Shown in pieces: positions 42,545 to 53,695 of a DNA stretch of 64,000 nucleotides (position 1 is its first letter; each line of letters opens with the position of its first letter). Under the pieces are notes generated by a model, which saw only the letters and a list, made by a program, of their open reading frames with translations, was not told the DNA's origin and did not search any database. Source of the stretch: an uncultured delta proteobacterium (GTDB lineage Bacteria; Desulfobacterota; Binatia; UBA9968); contig CAWJBB010000002.1 of NCBI GenBank assembly GCA_963840855.1, positions 64,001 through 128,000 of the forward strand. Direction: 5' to 3'. The position numbers and the translations under genes are program-made.

Positions 42545-42877
42545 ATGGAAATCACTGAAGACAAAAAGGGCGATATTGTCATTTTGGCGTTGTCAGGAAA
42601 GCTCGATGCCTCGACGTCCAAAACATTCGAGGATAAGCTTCTGGCTGACATCGATTCAGGAGGCCAGAGGTTCGTAATCGACCTGGCGCAGCTAGAATAC
42701 GTCAGCAGTTCGGGACTCCGTGTTTTTCTTGTTGCGGCGAAGCGCCTGACTAGCTCCAAGGGGAAGATCGTGCTGTGCTCCCTAAAAGATCATATCCGCC
42801 AAGTGTTCGACTTGGCTGGTTTCTCATCGATTCTGGCGATTTTTGGCTCGCGCGACGAGGCGTTCAAAAGCCTATAG
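42545..42877 (+). CDS. STAS anti-sigma factor antagonist
   Basis: LSGKLDAS, DLAQLEYVSSSGLRV, VFDLAGF. Confidence 0.9.
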   Translation: MEITEDKKGDIVILALSGKLDASTSKTFEDKLLADIDSGGQRFVIDLAQLEYVSSSGLRVFLVAAKRLTSSKGKIVLCSLKDHIRQVFDLAGFSSILAIFGSRDEAFKSL

Positions 42878-43126
42878 CAATGCGCGGCATTTGCGGTGGT
42901 TCCCTTTCAAGGACGCGCTCGGAGCAACGGTCGAACCTGATAACAGGTGGAGCGGTGCGGATGTTAACGGCGTCACGGCTTGAACACCGCCCGGGACCGA
43001 CTATTGATACGCTGATCCGGCTTTGTTGACAACCACTCTTTCGATGGCTTAGTGTTGCCATCAAGGGATACGAAATTTGACGCCGTTTACCTCCCAACAC
43101 ATCAGTCCAATCATTAAAAGTGCGAC

Positions 43127-43435
43127 ATGAGTGATCTTGACGTCACAGTAGAGCAGTTGGAGATCGGAGTCGTCGTGCACGCCGCAGGTTCGGTGGATAG
43201 CAACACGGCTCAACAGTTGGAGGACCCGTTGCTGCGTGCCGCCGAAAACAGCGCCGTGCAGCTCGATCTTGCCAAGGTTCCGTACATGAGCAGCGCCGGT
43301 TTGCGCGTATTGATTCTCGCCGCCCAGGCGCTGCAAAAGCGCGGTGAACGCTTGCGCATCATCAACGTCGCACCGCAGATATACAACGTTTTGAACGTAG
43401 CCGGGTTTACTTCGTTTATGGATATCAGTTCGTGA
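43127..43435 (+). CDS. STAS anti-sigma factor antagonist
   Basis: GSVDSNTA, DLAKVPYMSSAGLRV, VLNVAGF. Confidence 0.9.
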   Translation: MSDLDVTVEQLEIGVVVHAAGSVDSNTAQQLEDPLLRAAENSAVQLDLAKVPYMSSAGLRVLILAAQALQKRGERLRIINVAPQIYNVLNVAGFTSFMDISS

Positions 43436-43467
43436 GCATCAGGCCAGGGTGCTGGCTTGAGAACGAC

Positions 43468-45189
43468 ATGAAAATCGACGCCAACGTATGGCAGAAGGTT
43501 CCAGGCACGAGCACCGTCGAATTTTTCCCCATCATCACAAAACCCAGCATTGTCTCTTCGAATTGTTATATCTTCGCTGGGCCCGATGCCATCATGATCA
43601 TCGACCCGGGTGCGAGCACCGAACAGACAAAGCAGATCAGCCGGGTCGTCAGTGACTCTTTGTCAGCTTCGTGGCGTCCGGTATGGGTATTTCTCACCCA
43701 TTGTCACCAAGACCATTCCCAGGAGTCCGGTAGGTTCGAGCTGCCCCCGAACACTGAAATCAAGCGCTTTGCCCATCATGCCGGCGTTGATGCCCTCGAG
43801 CGCGGCGACCGCAACCTGACTGTAGCGTATCTGTATCCCTGGCTGCCGGAGGTTTGCCGCGCGCGATTTGACTGCAAACTATTTGGCCCAGCGCAAAATT
43901 TGCCGTCGTTTGCGACGGGCAGCGAGCGCGCCGAGCTTCGTACCGAACCAGTGATAATGCCGGACGGAGCCAAATGGGATCGTCAATGGCTGCCGCTCGG
44001 CGGTAATGAGCGGGTCGATATTTTTCATACTCCCGGTCATTCGGCGTGCAGCATTTCATTGCAGGTAGGATCCTTGCTGGTTGTCGGCGATCTGCCCTTT
44101 GCCGCCAATCCCGGATTGTGTGGTCTCGACGGTTGGAATCATGCGCATCTGATGGAAACCCTCCGCAGAGTTGAGTGGTTGCTGAAATCCGCCGGCATCG
44201 CAGTTTGTTGTCCCGGTCACGGCTACTGCGTGCCCGGTGAAGCCATGCTGGAAAAACTCCGAGTGATGGCGGACGAAACACGCGGGCTCGCGGCGGTTGA
44301 TCTACTGAATGCCGATCGCATCGGCGATCTGAAAATTTATGTTGACGAGCTTCTCGAGGAAACGGCGGCGCTGCTCACGTTTTTGTCCGGCCGATTGTAT
44401 ACGGTCTCTTTCTACCTCTCGCTCTTGGATGAAGAGTCGGCAGCCCAACGCGTCGTCTCAACGGTCAATATGGAGCAAATCGACCGCACGCTCACTGAAT
44501 TTCGCCGGTTCTTCGAAGCGTTCAATGCTAGCGCAGTGCCCGAGCTGAACGCCGTATTGAAAGGCGTGCAGGTCGCCCGCGCATTGCAGCAAATTCTTGC
44601 CGAAGAGCAAGTGACCCAGCTCCTGGGCTTGTCACTGGTGCGCCGCGCGGAGCGTCGGCTAGACGACTTCTTGAGCGTCGTGCGCGGTTTGCAGTTTCTC
44701 AACGCCGAAACGGCCGGCGATGTAAACGACCTGATCGGCGGGATCTTACGGCGTGAAAAGTCCGCGCAAGAATCGGCGGGCGCGGATTTATTCGCCGCGG
44801 TAGACGATGATCCATTGTTCATTGAGACGCTCACACGGCGGCTGGCGGCACACTCACCTGCACGGGATATCATTTTTGAGTTTGTTCCGACCAGCGGGCC
44901 AACGCTTGCCAATATCGGGACCGAACGCCTGGACGATATCTTGACCGGCCTGATCGAAGGCATCGCGGGAAGCGGCGTAAAGAACATTCAGATCGCGACC
45001 GACGTGATCACGAACCAGGTAGTTGTCCGCCTATCGAGCCGTCAAACAATCACCGGCGCGGCCTTGGGCAGTCGCCGCCTCGATCTCTACAACAGAACGC
45101 TCGGCTGGCTCGGCGGCAAACTCGAGCGGCGCGAGCATGACGGCATCGCGGAAATCATCGTTAGGCTTCCCGCGCTCACCTTTACATGA
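43468..45189 (+). CDS. MBL-fold metallo-hydrolase fused to a helical, degenerate HATPase-like C-terminus
   Basis: IIDPG, THCHQDH, HTPGHS, VGDL, CPGHG; C-terminal ..LGWLGGKLE...IIVRLP. Confidence 0.75.
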   Translation: MKIDANVWQKVPGTSTVEFFPIITKPSIVSSNCYIFAGPDAIMIIDPGASTEQTKQISRVVSDSLSASWRPVWVFLTHCHQDHSQESGRFELPPNTEIKRFAHHAGVDALERGDRNLTVAYLYPWLPEVCRARFDCKLFGPAQNLPSFATGSERAELRTEPVIMPDGAKWDRQWLPLGGNERVDIFHTPGHSACSISLQVGSLLVVGDLPFAANPGLCGLDGWNHAHLMETLRRVEWLLKSAGIAVCCPGHGYCVPGEAMLEKLRVMADETRGLAAVDLLNADRIGDLKIYVDELLEETAALLTFLSGRLYTVSFYLSLLDEESAAQRVVSTVNMEQIDRTLTEFRRFFEAFNASAVPELNAVLKGVQVARALQQILAEEQVTQLLGLSLVRRAERRLDDFLSVVRGLQFLNAETAGDVNDLIGGILRREKSAQESAGADLFAAVDDDPLFIETLTRRLAAHSPARDIIFEFVPTSGPTLANIGTERLDDILTGLIEGIAGSGVKNIQIATDVITNQVVVRLSSRQTITGAALGSRRLDLYNRTLGWLGGKLERREHDGIAEIIVRLPALTFT

Positions 45190-45229
45190 CTGCTCATGGG
45201 ACATGAGCCAGCTCTCTCTCACTTTCTAA

Positions 45230-46474
45230 GTGAGCGCTAAACAAGTGGCGTCGATTTTGAAGAATTTGATTGTCTGGAGCCTTCTTCTCTTCATTCCCGC
45301 AAAGCTTTTTGCCGAAGACATCATTATCGGCATGTCGGCGGTATTCACCGGACCGTCCGAGAGCTTGGGCATCGAGCTTTACCGCGGCTCCATGGCCTAT
45401 CTCGAACACATCAATCGAGGCGGCGGTGTGCACGGCAGAAAGCTGATGCTTAAAGTCTACGACGACGGCTACAATCCTGCTCCCGCGATCCAAAATACCA
45501 TCACATTGATCGAGAAAGATCAGGCATTCGTTCTTTTCGGATATGTGGGAGCACCCACGGTGACACGGGTTTTGCCCCTGCTGAAAAGTTATAGCGATCG
45601 ATCAATGTCTTTGCTGTTTCCGCTTTCAGGAGCTCAACCTCACCGCCAGACGCCATACAGCGATCAAGTTTTCAATCTACGCGCCTCCTACCGGGAGGAA
45701 ACAGAAGGCCTCGTCAATCATTTCGTGTCTTTGGGACGGTCAAAGATCGGCGTATTTTACCAGGCGGATGCCTACGGCCGAAGCGGCTGGGATGGCGTGC
45801 GAAGAGCCCTTGCCAAGAACGGCAACCTGGAAATCACTGCGGAGGCAACCTATCGCCATGACGCCGGCTTTGATAAAAAATTCCACGAGCAGGTGAAGCT
45901 TCTCAAAACTGCAAATGCCGATGCGGTTATATCCATCGGAACGTATGCCGCCTCCGCCGCTTTCATCAGAGACGCGCGCGAGACGGGATGGCAAACTCCC
46001 ATCGCAAACGTTTCGTTGGTTGCCAGTCAGAGTCTCGCGGCGCTGTTATCTCAAAACAGCCAGTCAAAGGGGAAAGACTATACAGAGAATCTGGTTATCT
46101 CACAGGTGGTGCCGAGCTATGAGGATACGTCTTTGAATTCGGTTCGTGGGTATCGCGACCTAATGGAAAAATATAGCCCGACGGCGCCGTCGGTTGCAGA
46201 CAAAAATTACCGGCCTCAGCGCCACAGTTTTGTCGGCTTCGAGGGCTTTCTCAACGCTAAGCTGCTGGTCGAAATTCTTAGAAGGATGGGTGACAAGCCT
46301 GTTAGGACCAAGTTGAGACAGACCGTCGAAAGCATCAAGAATTTCGATCTCGGGATAGACGCTCCGATATCCTTCGGTCCCGACAAGCATCAGGGCTCGC
46401 AGAGAATCTATTACACCACGCTACAAGGCGGTGAAATTGTCCCGCTCACAAGCTGGCAGCAGTGGAAAAAATAA
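45230..46474 (+). CDS. Periplasmic binding protein (branched-chain amino acid/Peripla_BP_6 type)
   Basis: Signal peptide; IGMSAVFTGP, GGVHGRKL, DDGYNP, NLRASYREE. Confidence 0.85.
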   Translation: MSAKQVASILKNLIVWSLLLFIPAKLFAEDIIIGMSAVFTGPSESLGIELYRGSMAYLEHINRGGGVHGRKLMLKVYDDGYNPAPAIQNTITLIEKDQAFVLFGYVGAPTVTRVLPLLKSYSDRSMSLLFPLSGAQPHRQTPYSDQVFNLRASYREETEGLVNHFVSLGRSKIGVFYQADAYGRSGWDGVRRALAKNGNLEITAEATYRHDAGFDKKFHEQVKLLKTANADAVISIGTYAASAAFIRDARETGWQTPIANVSLVASQSLAALLSQNSQSKGKDYTENLVISQVVPSYEDTSLNSVRGYRDLMEKYSPTAPSVADKNYRPQRHSFVGFEGFLNAKLLVEILRRMGDKPVRTKLRQTVESIKNFDLGIDAPISFGPDKHQGSQRIYYTTLQGGEIVPLTSWQQWKK

Positions 46475-46475
46475 G

Positions 46476-48425
46476 ATGTCGCGACTGCTAAGAAAGACGC
46501 TTCTGCTCATGATCGTTTTGTTTGGAGTGATCGCCATCGGAACCTCGATAGTTTCGGGGTGGAACCTCTACAAACAGCTCACGCTGGAATACCGGAGCAA
46601 AGGCGCGGCCATCGCCAAGAGCATCGCAGACGCGAGCGTTGAAATCATCGTGAACCGCGACCCATCGACAGTTCAAGCCATTGTCGATCAATTTGATGGG
46701 ATCGACGGCGTTGCCTATGTATTCGTCGTCGATCGGTCCGGCGGTATTTTTGCTCACACTTTTGTTCCCGGTGTCCCGCCCGAAGTTCTCGCGATCCGGC
46801 GTAGGGCGACCGCCGCGGCAACCGATGATGGCCTTGTTTCAGTTGATCTTTATGTGCCGCGTCTCGGCGATGTCATCGACATCTCCGCGCCGATATTAAC
46901 AGGGGTGGGAGGCTACGCTCACGTCGGCATGGATCGAACTGTCATTCGCGCGAAAATTTGGAGTGCCGTTTTTCAACAGCAGGGCCTCATGCTTCTCATC
47001 TTTCTCGTCAGCGTCGTGATTGCCTACCTGCTGGTGAACCGCATATCACAACCTCTGAACCTGCTCGCGGACCATGCCCGGTCGTTGGCCGCGTCAGATT
47101 TTTCCGATGCCCCGAATGTTCCGGCAAGCATAGAAGCGCTGTCGCGAACGTCCAAAGATGAGATCGGCAATTTGGCGGGATCTTTCGTGCACATGGAACG
47201 TGCACTCCAGCGATCCATAGAACACCTCAAGCAAGCTACAGCAGCCAAACAAAGAATCGAGAGTGAATTAAAGATTGCTCACGATATTCAAATGAGTATG
47301 GTACCGAAAATCTTTCCGCCCTTTCCCGATCGGGAGGAATTTGATCTCTACGCGACTCTGGTTCCGGCAAGAGAGGTCGGTGGAGATTTCTACGATTTTT
47401 TCTTTCTCGACAAGGATCATCTGTGCCTGGCGATCGGCGATGTCTCCGGCAAGGGCGTGCCCGCATCGCTTTTTATGGCGGTAACTAAGACATTGTTTAA
47501 AGCGACGGCGAACGGCAACGATCATCCGGATGAGATCCTCCAACGCTTGAATGACGAAATGTGGAAGGACAACACGGCGTGCATGTTTGTCACTCTGTTC
47601 GCCGCGATATTGGATATCCGCACAGGGCGGATGGAATACAGCAATGGCGGGCACAACCTGCCTTACAAATTATCAAACGGACAGCCTAAGCAGTTTGAAA
47701 ACACCAAAGGCACGGTGGTGGGCGTGCTCGAAGGCGCCAGATTTGAAAAAAAAGCAATCGCTCTAGAGCCGGGCGATTGGATTATCTTTTACACTGACGG
47801 GGTAACTGAGGCGATGGATGAGCACAAGGAGCTTTTTTCGGAGCGCCGTTTGGAGCAGTTTTTGGCATCGCTCGACCCCAACGTTTCCGCTGAGGAGCTA
47901 ACCCATCGGCTGTCGAGTGAAGTAGGACAATTCTCCGCCACAACGGCACAGTCGGACGATATCACTATTCTTGTCCTGCGATATTGGGGCGTAGGAAATC
48001 ATGCCCACAGCAAAGTTACTCTCGAGCTGAAGAACGAACTTTCAGAGCTTGCGAAGCTCAATCATACGTTGGCTGAGTTTGGCCAGCGCCACCAACTTCC
48101 CGAGTCAACCTTGTTTGCCATGAAACTCGCCCTTGAAGAAATCGTCACCAACGCGATCTCCCACGGTTTCACCGATCGACGGGAAAACCGGATCAGTATC
48201 CGCCTCTCTTTGGAACAAAGCGTCCTACGCGCCGAGGTGGAAGATGATGGCCGGGCTTTCAACCCGCTCGAAATACCGGCGCCCGATCCCAAGCAGCTGT
48301 TAGAAGAAAGACCGGTTGGAGGTTTGGGCATCCATTTGGTGCGCACCCTTATGAACGAAGTCGCGTATCGACGGCAAAATGGTATGAATGTGCTGGTGCT
48401 AAAGAAAGAGATCACAGAACCCTAG
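46476..48425 (+). CDS. Membrane HAMP-SpoIIE(PP2C) phosphatase fused to an RsbW-like anti-sigma kinase
   Basis: Two TMs; HAMP (DEIGNLAGSF); EVGGDFYD, GDVSGKGVPA, YTDGVTEA, QSDDIT; EEIVTNAISHG, GGLGIHLVR. Confidence 0.9.
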   Translation: MSRLLRKTLLLMIVLFGVIAIGTSIVSGWNLYKQLTLEYRSKGAAIAKSIADASVEIIVNRDPSTVQAIVDQFDGIDGVAYVFVVDRSGGIFAHTFVPGVPPEVLAIRRRATAAATDDGLVSVDLYVPRLGDVIDISAPILTGVGGYAHVGMDRTVIRAKIWSAVFQQQGLMLLIFLVSVVIAYLLVNRISQPLNLLADHARSLAASDFSDAPNVPASIEALSRTSKDEIGNLAGSFVHMERALQRSIEHLKQATAAKQRIESELKIAHDIQMSMVPKIFPPFPDREEFDLYATLVPAREVGGDFYDFFFLDKDHLCLAIGDVSGKGVPASLFMAVTKTLFKATANGNDHPDEILQRLNDEMWKDNTACMFVTLFAAILDIRTGRMEYSNGGHNLPYKLSNGQPKQFENTKGTVVGVLEGARFEKKAIALEPGDWIIFYTDGVTEAMDEHKELFSERRLEQFLASLDPNVSAEELTHRLSSEVGQFSATTAQSDDITILVLRYWGVGNHAHSKVTLELKNELSELAKLNHTLAEFGQRHQLPESTLFAMKLALEEIVTNAISHGFTDRRENRISIRLSLEQSVLRAEVEDDGRAFNPLEIPAPDPKQLLEERPVGGLGIHLVRTLMNEVAYRRQNGMNVLVLKKEITEP

Positions 48426-49080
48426 CAATTTAATGGTAATCGAACTGTGGCGGTGCGCTTTTTTTTCACTCTAACGCAGCTGCGCCCGCATGTCGCCAGG
48501 ATGAACCGGCGTGGCGTCCTTCTCGCTTCGCGATGTCATGCCCGCGATGAATACGAGCATCCCACCGGTTACGGCAACGACCTGCGAGTGAGATTTGCGG
48601 ACTGGTAGGTCTGAAGGCTGCACGATTTGTTTGGATTCGCCATTTCTCCCCCTTAGCCGGATTAAATGTGCAGAGAAATATCAGATCCGGTGACAATGTA
48701 TAAGCCTAACCATAACAAAGTTTGCCGGCCGCAAGTCCTTAGCACGATTATTATTCACCGAAAAACCTTTTGACCCACCCAAGAGAAAAGTTTTCATGTT
48801 CGTGGATGGGATAGAGAATCGTCTATTGTCAACCCTATTGATAATAGGCAGCCCGGCTTTTGTCGTCTGACTGCACTTCAAAAATCCTTGACATCAATTT
48901 GTCGGAGCAGGAGAATCCTGATGGCTTGTTGGAATTTGGGGATCGTACTAGGTCGAACAATAGACTCAATAGTTCGGCATGCGTTCCACCGGGGTGGAAA
49001 GGAGGTGCGCCAGCAACAGTGGTCATGGACAAAAAAGCGTTTGCATTGCTTATACGCCCAGCATACCCAAGGAGGAATCC

Positions 49081-50775
49081 ATGGCGAAACTGACCCAGAG
49101 CTATGTGCATGGCGCTAGTGCCGTGCCACTGATCGGTGATACCATTGGCGTGCACTTCGACAAGGCCGTGGCACGCTGGCCCGAGGCCGAGGCGTTAGTG
49201 GTGCGCCATCAAGGGGTACGCTGGACATATCGCGACTTGCAGCACCACGTTGATGCCTTGGCCACCGGGCTCTTGGCCCTGGGGCTGGAGCCGGGGGACC
49301 GGGTGGGCATCTGGTCGCCCAATAATGCCGAGTGGGTAGTGACCCAATTCGCCACGGCCAAAGCGGGCATCATTCTGGTGAACATCAACCCGGCCTATCG
49401 TCTGGCAGAACTGGAGTATGCCCTGAACAAAGTGAGCTGCAAAGGACTGATCACCGCCGCCGCGTTCAGGCCCAGCGACTACGTTGGCATGCTACAACAC
49501 CTAGCCCCCGAACTCGCGACCTGCCACCCTGGGGAGTTGCAGGCTGCCAGGCTGCCAGCCTTGCGGACAGTGGTATGCCTGGGGGATGCCGCGCCACCCG
49601 GCATGGTGCACTTTGCGGCTGTGCCTACCCTCGCTGGCATCGCCCAACAGCAACGCCTCGCGGAACTGGCGTCAGTACTGCAGTTCGATGACCCGATCAA
49701 TATTCAGTTTACCAGTGGCACCACAGGCGCCCCCAAAGGCGCCACGCTCACCCATCACAACATTCTGAACAATGGCTTCTTCATTGGGGAGGCCATGCGG
49801 CTGACGGCGCGCGACCGGCTATGTATTCCAGTGCCGCTGTATCACTGTTTCGGCATGGTGCTCGGGAACCTGGCGTGTGTCACGCACGGCGCGGCCATGA
49901 TCTATCCTGCTGAAGCGTTCGAGCCCTTGGCCGTGCTGGAAACGGTCGCCGCCGAACGGTGTACCGCCCTGCATGGCGTGCCGACGATGTTCATGGCCGC
50001 ACTGGATCACCCCGAGTTTGCGCGCTTCGACCTCCGCAGCCTGCGCACCGGGATTATGGCCGGTGCTCCCTGCCCGATCGAGGTCATGAAGCGAGTGCAT
50101 CAGGCGATGCATATGGAGCAGGTGACGATTGCCTACGGCATGACCGAGACCAGCCCCGTCAGTTTCCAGAGCGCGGTGGACGATGCGCTGGAGCGGCGCG
50201 TGTCCACGGTGGGACGCATCCAGCCGCATATCGAGGTGAAAATTGTCGATACCGAGGGGCGTCTGGTCCCACCCGGCACACCGGGGGAACTCCTCACGCG
50301 TGGCTACTGTGTGATGCAAGGCTATTGGGACGACCCCGAGCGGACGGCTGAGGCCATTGACATCGCCGGCTGGATGCACACCGGCGACCTGGCAACGCTC
50401 GACCCAGAAGGCTACGGCAATATTGTCGGGCGCATCAAGGACATGGTGATTCGCGGCGGCGAAAACATCTACCCGCGCGAGATCGAAGAATTTCTCTATC
50501 GGTACCCCAAGATCCAGGATGTGCAGATCTTCGGCGTGCCGGACACGCGCTATGGGGAGGAGCTCTGTGCCTGGATCCGGTTGCGTGAGGGTATTGCCGC
50601 CACCCCAGACGAGATCAAGGAGTTTTGCCGTGGGCAGATTGCCCACTACAAAATCCCCCGCTATGTCAAGTTTGTCGAGGTGTTTCCGATGACTGTGACC
50701 GGCAAGGTCCAGAAATTTGTCATGCGCGAGCAGATGATGGCCGAACTCGGCCTGCAGGAGGCCCAGACGGCCTGA
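49081..50775 (+). CDS. AMP-binding acyl-CoA synthetase
   Basis: [47 protein letters not shown]; aggagg RBS. Confidence 0.92.
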   Translation: MAKLTQSYVHGASAVPLIGDTIGVHFDKAVARWPEAEALVVRHQGVRWTYRDLQHHVDALATGLLALGLEPGDRVGIWSPNNAEWVVTQFATAKAGIILVNINPAYRLAELEYALNKVSCKGLITAAAFRPSDYVGMLQHLAPELATCHPGELQAARLPALRTVVCLGDAAPPGMVHFAAVPTLAGIAQQQRLAELASVLQFDDPINIQFTSGTTGAPKGATLTHHNILNNGFFIGEAMRLTARDRLCIPVPLYHCFGMVLGNLACVTHGAAMIYPAEAFEPLAVLETVAAERCTALHGVPTMFMAALDHPEFARFDLRSLRTGIMAGAPCPIEVMKRVHQAMHMEQVTIAYGMTETSPVSFQSAVDDALERRVSTVGRIQPHIEVKIVDTEGRLVPPGTPGELLTRGYCVMQGYWDDPERTAEAIDIAGWMHTGDLATLDPEGYGNIVGRIKDMVIRGGENIYPREIEEFLYRYPKIQDVQIFGVPDTRYGEELCAWIRLREGIAATPDEIKEFCRGQIAHYKIPRYVKFVEVFPMTVTGKVQKFVMREQMMAELGLQEAQTA

Positions 50776-50849
50776 GACGATGACCGGCACAGTGTCATCA
50801 GGGCAGACTCGGATGCACTAGCCCTCCAAGTCTTGGTGGCCGAGTTCGC

Positions 50850-50937
50850 GCCGAACAACGCACTGGAGCCGACGCCCAATAGCGTCCGCTCCTCCGTCGC
50901 TCCCGCCATTGGGCGCGGCTCACCGCGGGCGTTTCCG
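50850..50937 (+). other. Isolated integron attC-like site
   Basis: gccgaac-aacgcactggagccgacgcccaat...attgggcgcggctcaccgcgggc-gtt; imperfect palindrome with AAC/GTT core ends. Confidence 0.6.
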
Positions 50938-51049
50938 ACGCTCATTTTGCAGGCCGTATTCGTCATCGCCACGGGTGCGTGCTTCTTGCTTATTGGCGCC
51001 GCCCTCGGGGCGACGATATTTGCCGACCTTGGAGGCCATGTGCCCCGGC

Positions 51050-51081
51050 AAGGGTCTATTATCACAGCACAAGCGACCATC
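51050..51081 (+). repeat. 32 bp direct repeat, copy 1
   Basis: aagggtctattatcacagcacaagcgaccatc, identical at 53696-53727. Confidence 0.85.
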
Positions 51082-51100
51082 GAGCAGCCCGCTCATCGTG

Positions 51101-51200
51101 AATCACTTCATCGATGACAAAGGGTTCATCTGAGTCAGCGATGCGCCCACCAGCCGGATGCTCAAGTTCGATCTGAACGAGAATTTCCTGTATGCCGCGT
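51101..51200 (+). pseudogene. NHL-repeat gene fragment
   Basis: NHFIDDKGFI*VSDAPTSRMLKFDLN. Confidence 0.4.
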
Positions 51201-51358
51201 CGCTCCTTCGACATAATGGCGGTCCATGAAAACCGGCATAGTTGACATCATTGGTGTTTTCCTCCATGGGAGAGTTTGCAAGACGCAGGGCCGGCGAGTG
51301 GGAAAGGTTTCAGAGATGTTGATTCAGAATCGTGGAACAAAGACTCAGGAGAAGTGAA

Positions 51359-52411
51359 ATGAATCAAAAGAAAAATTTATCGAGCTCGATCGGATCCGCA
51401 ACCTTGATTTGGGCGATCGCCTTGGCTTTCATTATCTGGGCCGCTTCTGCCGGTAAGGTTTTCGCGGCCGCAGCAGATTCTCTGGATCAACTCTACGAGA
51501 AAGCAAAAAAGGAAGGAAAGATTACGCTTTACGCGCCGCTATCCCCTCACGCGATGTCGGTTATTCCGCCTGCGTTCATGAAGCGCTTTCCCGGCTTGAC
51601 GGTCGATCATATCGACGCCACGAGCGATAAACTGATCGCGCGAGTGCTCGCCGAGCAGAGGGGGGGACGCGTTCTTGCCGACGTCATAAGCGGAGCGCTG
51701 ACCTACTTGCCGCAGATCCTGGACCTGAAAATCGTGGAGCAGGTCGTCATACCCGAGGCAGCGGCGTATCCGGCCCAGTTGAAAGGCGATCTATGGGTCG
51801 CAACCGACACGCAATTCTATATTGCCGGATGGAACACCAATCTGGTCAAGAAAGGCGACGAGCCAAAAAGCTACGAGGAGCTCGCGAACGCTAAATGGAA
51901 AGACAGCATAATGGGCGAGCCGCGCGATTACCAAATGCTGGTCGGATTTGCCAAACGAAAATTCAATAGCGATGAAAAGGCGATCGATCTGTTCAAGAAA
52001 ATTGCCGCCAATCAAGTGGAGTTTCATCGGGGGCATTCGCAGTTAACCGAGTTTCTCATGGCCGGTCAGCGCGCCATTTGCTTTACTTGCTACTCGCACC
52101 ATTTTCCTGCGCGTATGAAAAAAGGCGCCCCGATTCAACCGCTCATGACGGAAGGTGTGGGCGAAGTTGGCGGCTCTGTAATGGTAATGAAGGGAGCACC
52201 CCATCCAAACGCCGCACTACTCTGGGTTCGTTGGGCCGTCAGTGAGGAAGGACAGAAGGTCTATGCTCAAGCAGGTGAAACTCCGGCTCATCCCAAAGTG
52301 GAACCCTTGGAAAAAATCCGGCCCGCGACGCCTTACATGCTGACCATCGACGACGTCAGAGAGTTTCCGAGGTATGAGAAAACGTGGAAGGAAATCTTTC
52401 AGCTCCGCTGA
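51359..52411 (+). CDS. ABC extracellular solute-binding protein
   Basis: Signal peptide; AKKEGKITLY, WNTNLVK, APHPNAALLW..SEEGQ. Confidence 0.85.
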   Translation: MNQKKNLSSSIGSATLIWAIALAFIIWAASAGKVFAAAADSLDQLYEKAKKEGKITLYAPLSPHAMSVIPPAFMKRFPGLTVDHIDATSDKLIARVLAEQRGGRVLADVISGALTYLPQILDLKIVEQVVIPEAAAYPAQLKGDLWVATDTQFYIAGWNTNLVKKGDEPKSYEELANAKWKDSIMGEPRDYQMLVGFAKRKFNSDEKAIDLFKKIAANQVEFHRGHSQLTEFLMAGQRAICFTCYSHHFPARMKKGAPIQPLMTEGVGEVGGSVMVMKGAPHPNAALLWVRWAVSEEGQKVYAQAGETPAHPKVEPLEKIRPATPYMLTIDDVREFPRYEKTWKEIFQLR

Positions 52412-52658
52412 AATGAAATTACCGGAACGATCCAGCACAGCGCGGCTCAGAATTTTCAGGGAGGATGATCGGCGTCAGACTTGTCTAAGTCTACTCTCGA
52501 CCGAAATCTCTCCAAACTCGACGGAGCCGAAGGACTGTAACTCTGCTCCCACTTCGTCCGTAAAGTGCGCCAGGATACTCAATGCGCAACGGCCGGGCCA
52601 TGACGTTGTGTTACAACACACGAGGATGGAAAAGTAGTCCGGTCTCTTTAATAGTTCG

Positions 52659-53667
52659 ATGCCGATTCAGATTGACCGGAACAGAGCAGAGAGCCTCGCG
52701 CCTCAATTCGACGAGGCGCTCGAACTCGTGCGCAACGAATTTGAGGGGCTCGACCTGCACCGCCAGTACCGCATACGCCTTCGCGCGGCTGCTGAAGCCC
52801 GATCCGCTTGGGCGGGTGCTGATGATGGGCACCGATCAGCGCGACATGTTCGTGCCGGAGCTTCGCCGCGCCATAGAAACGTCGGTGCCGAGTGACGGTC
52901 ACATCTTCGACTTCGGAGCGGGCGACGGTCAAACCTTCGCCCTGGTCGCCGATGCCGTGCCGCGGGGCACCCGCGTCTCGATCGAGGAGCCCAATCCCGA
53001 ATACCTCGCAAACTATGTTGCATTTCTAAAAACAAAGGCCCATTTGCGGCCCGGTATGGCGCTGGCGGCGGCATTCGATGAGATCGACGCAGCGGCCGCC
53101 CGCTCGGGGGAAAAGCTACCGTCAGACGGCAGCATCGACCTCGGCCTCGCGCTGCACATGATCTATTTCGTCAACGACCTTGCCGCCAGCGTTACAAGGA
53201 TGGTGCGCTTCTTGAAGCCCGGCGGTGTGCTGTTCGTCGTCGTCACCGACGAAACCGTCGGCTATACCGGCCTCGCGCTGAAAAGTTTTATCGAACACGG
53301 CGGCGACACGGGCGACAACGCGCGGCATCTCTCAGTCATCGCCGAGCGCCGCCGCTTGCTGGGACTGCCCGCGGAGGGCGGCGGCGCGATTGCCGAAGTG
53401 CTTGGTGCCGCGGGAACTCCGGTGGAAATCGACGTGCGGCGCCAGCCGAGCCGACTCTACGGCCACAATCTCGCCGACCTCATCGCGCTCTCCTCGATCG
53501 CCCTCCTCGCCAGCGTCGAAGGTCTCGAAAAGTTCGAGGCCGCCGCCGCACTGCTGCGTCATAGCCCCGAAGCCGTGGACCTGCGCATCGAAGACGACGG
53601 CCCCCGTAAAGGCATGTGGAGCGTCACCCAACCTCAATGGGTCGCCGCCTTCCGTCGAACGCGTTAA
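52659..53667 (+). CDS. Class I SAM-dependent methyltransferase (probable frameshift near 52770)
   Basis: IFDFGAGDG, IEEPNP, LALHMIYFV, RFLKPGG. Confidence 0.75.
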
Positions 53668-53695
53668 TCGGACAGAACAAAGATCGTGGAAAATT

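Noticed and set aside
6096-50790. Numerous 100-320 aa alternative-frame ORFs (e.g. 6096-6716, 13693-14610, 39408-40259, 49819-50790)
   Set aside because: Antisense shadows of well-supported genes in GC-rich DNA
51131-51133. A third in-frame TGA as possible selenocysteine
   Set aside because: Falls at a likely Trp position in a short NHL fragment, with no Cys motif or hairpin
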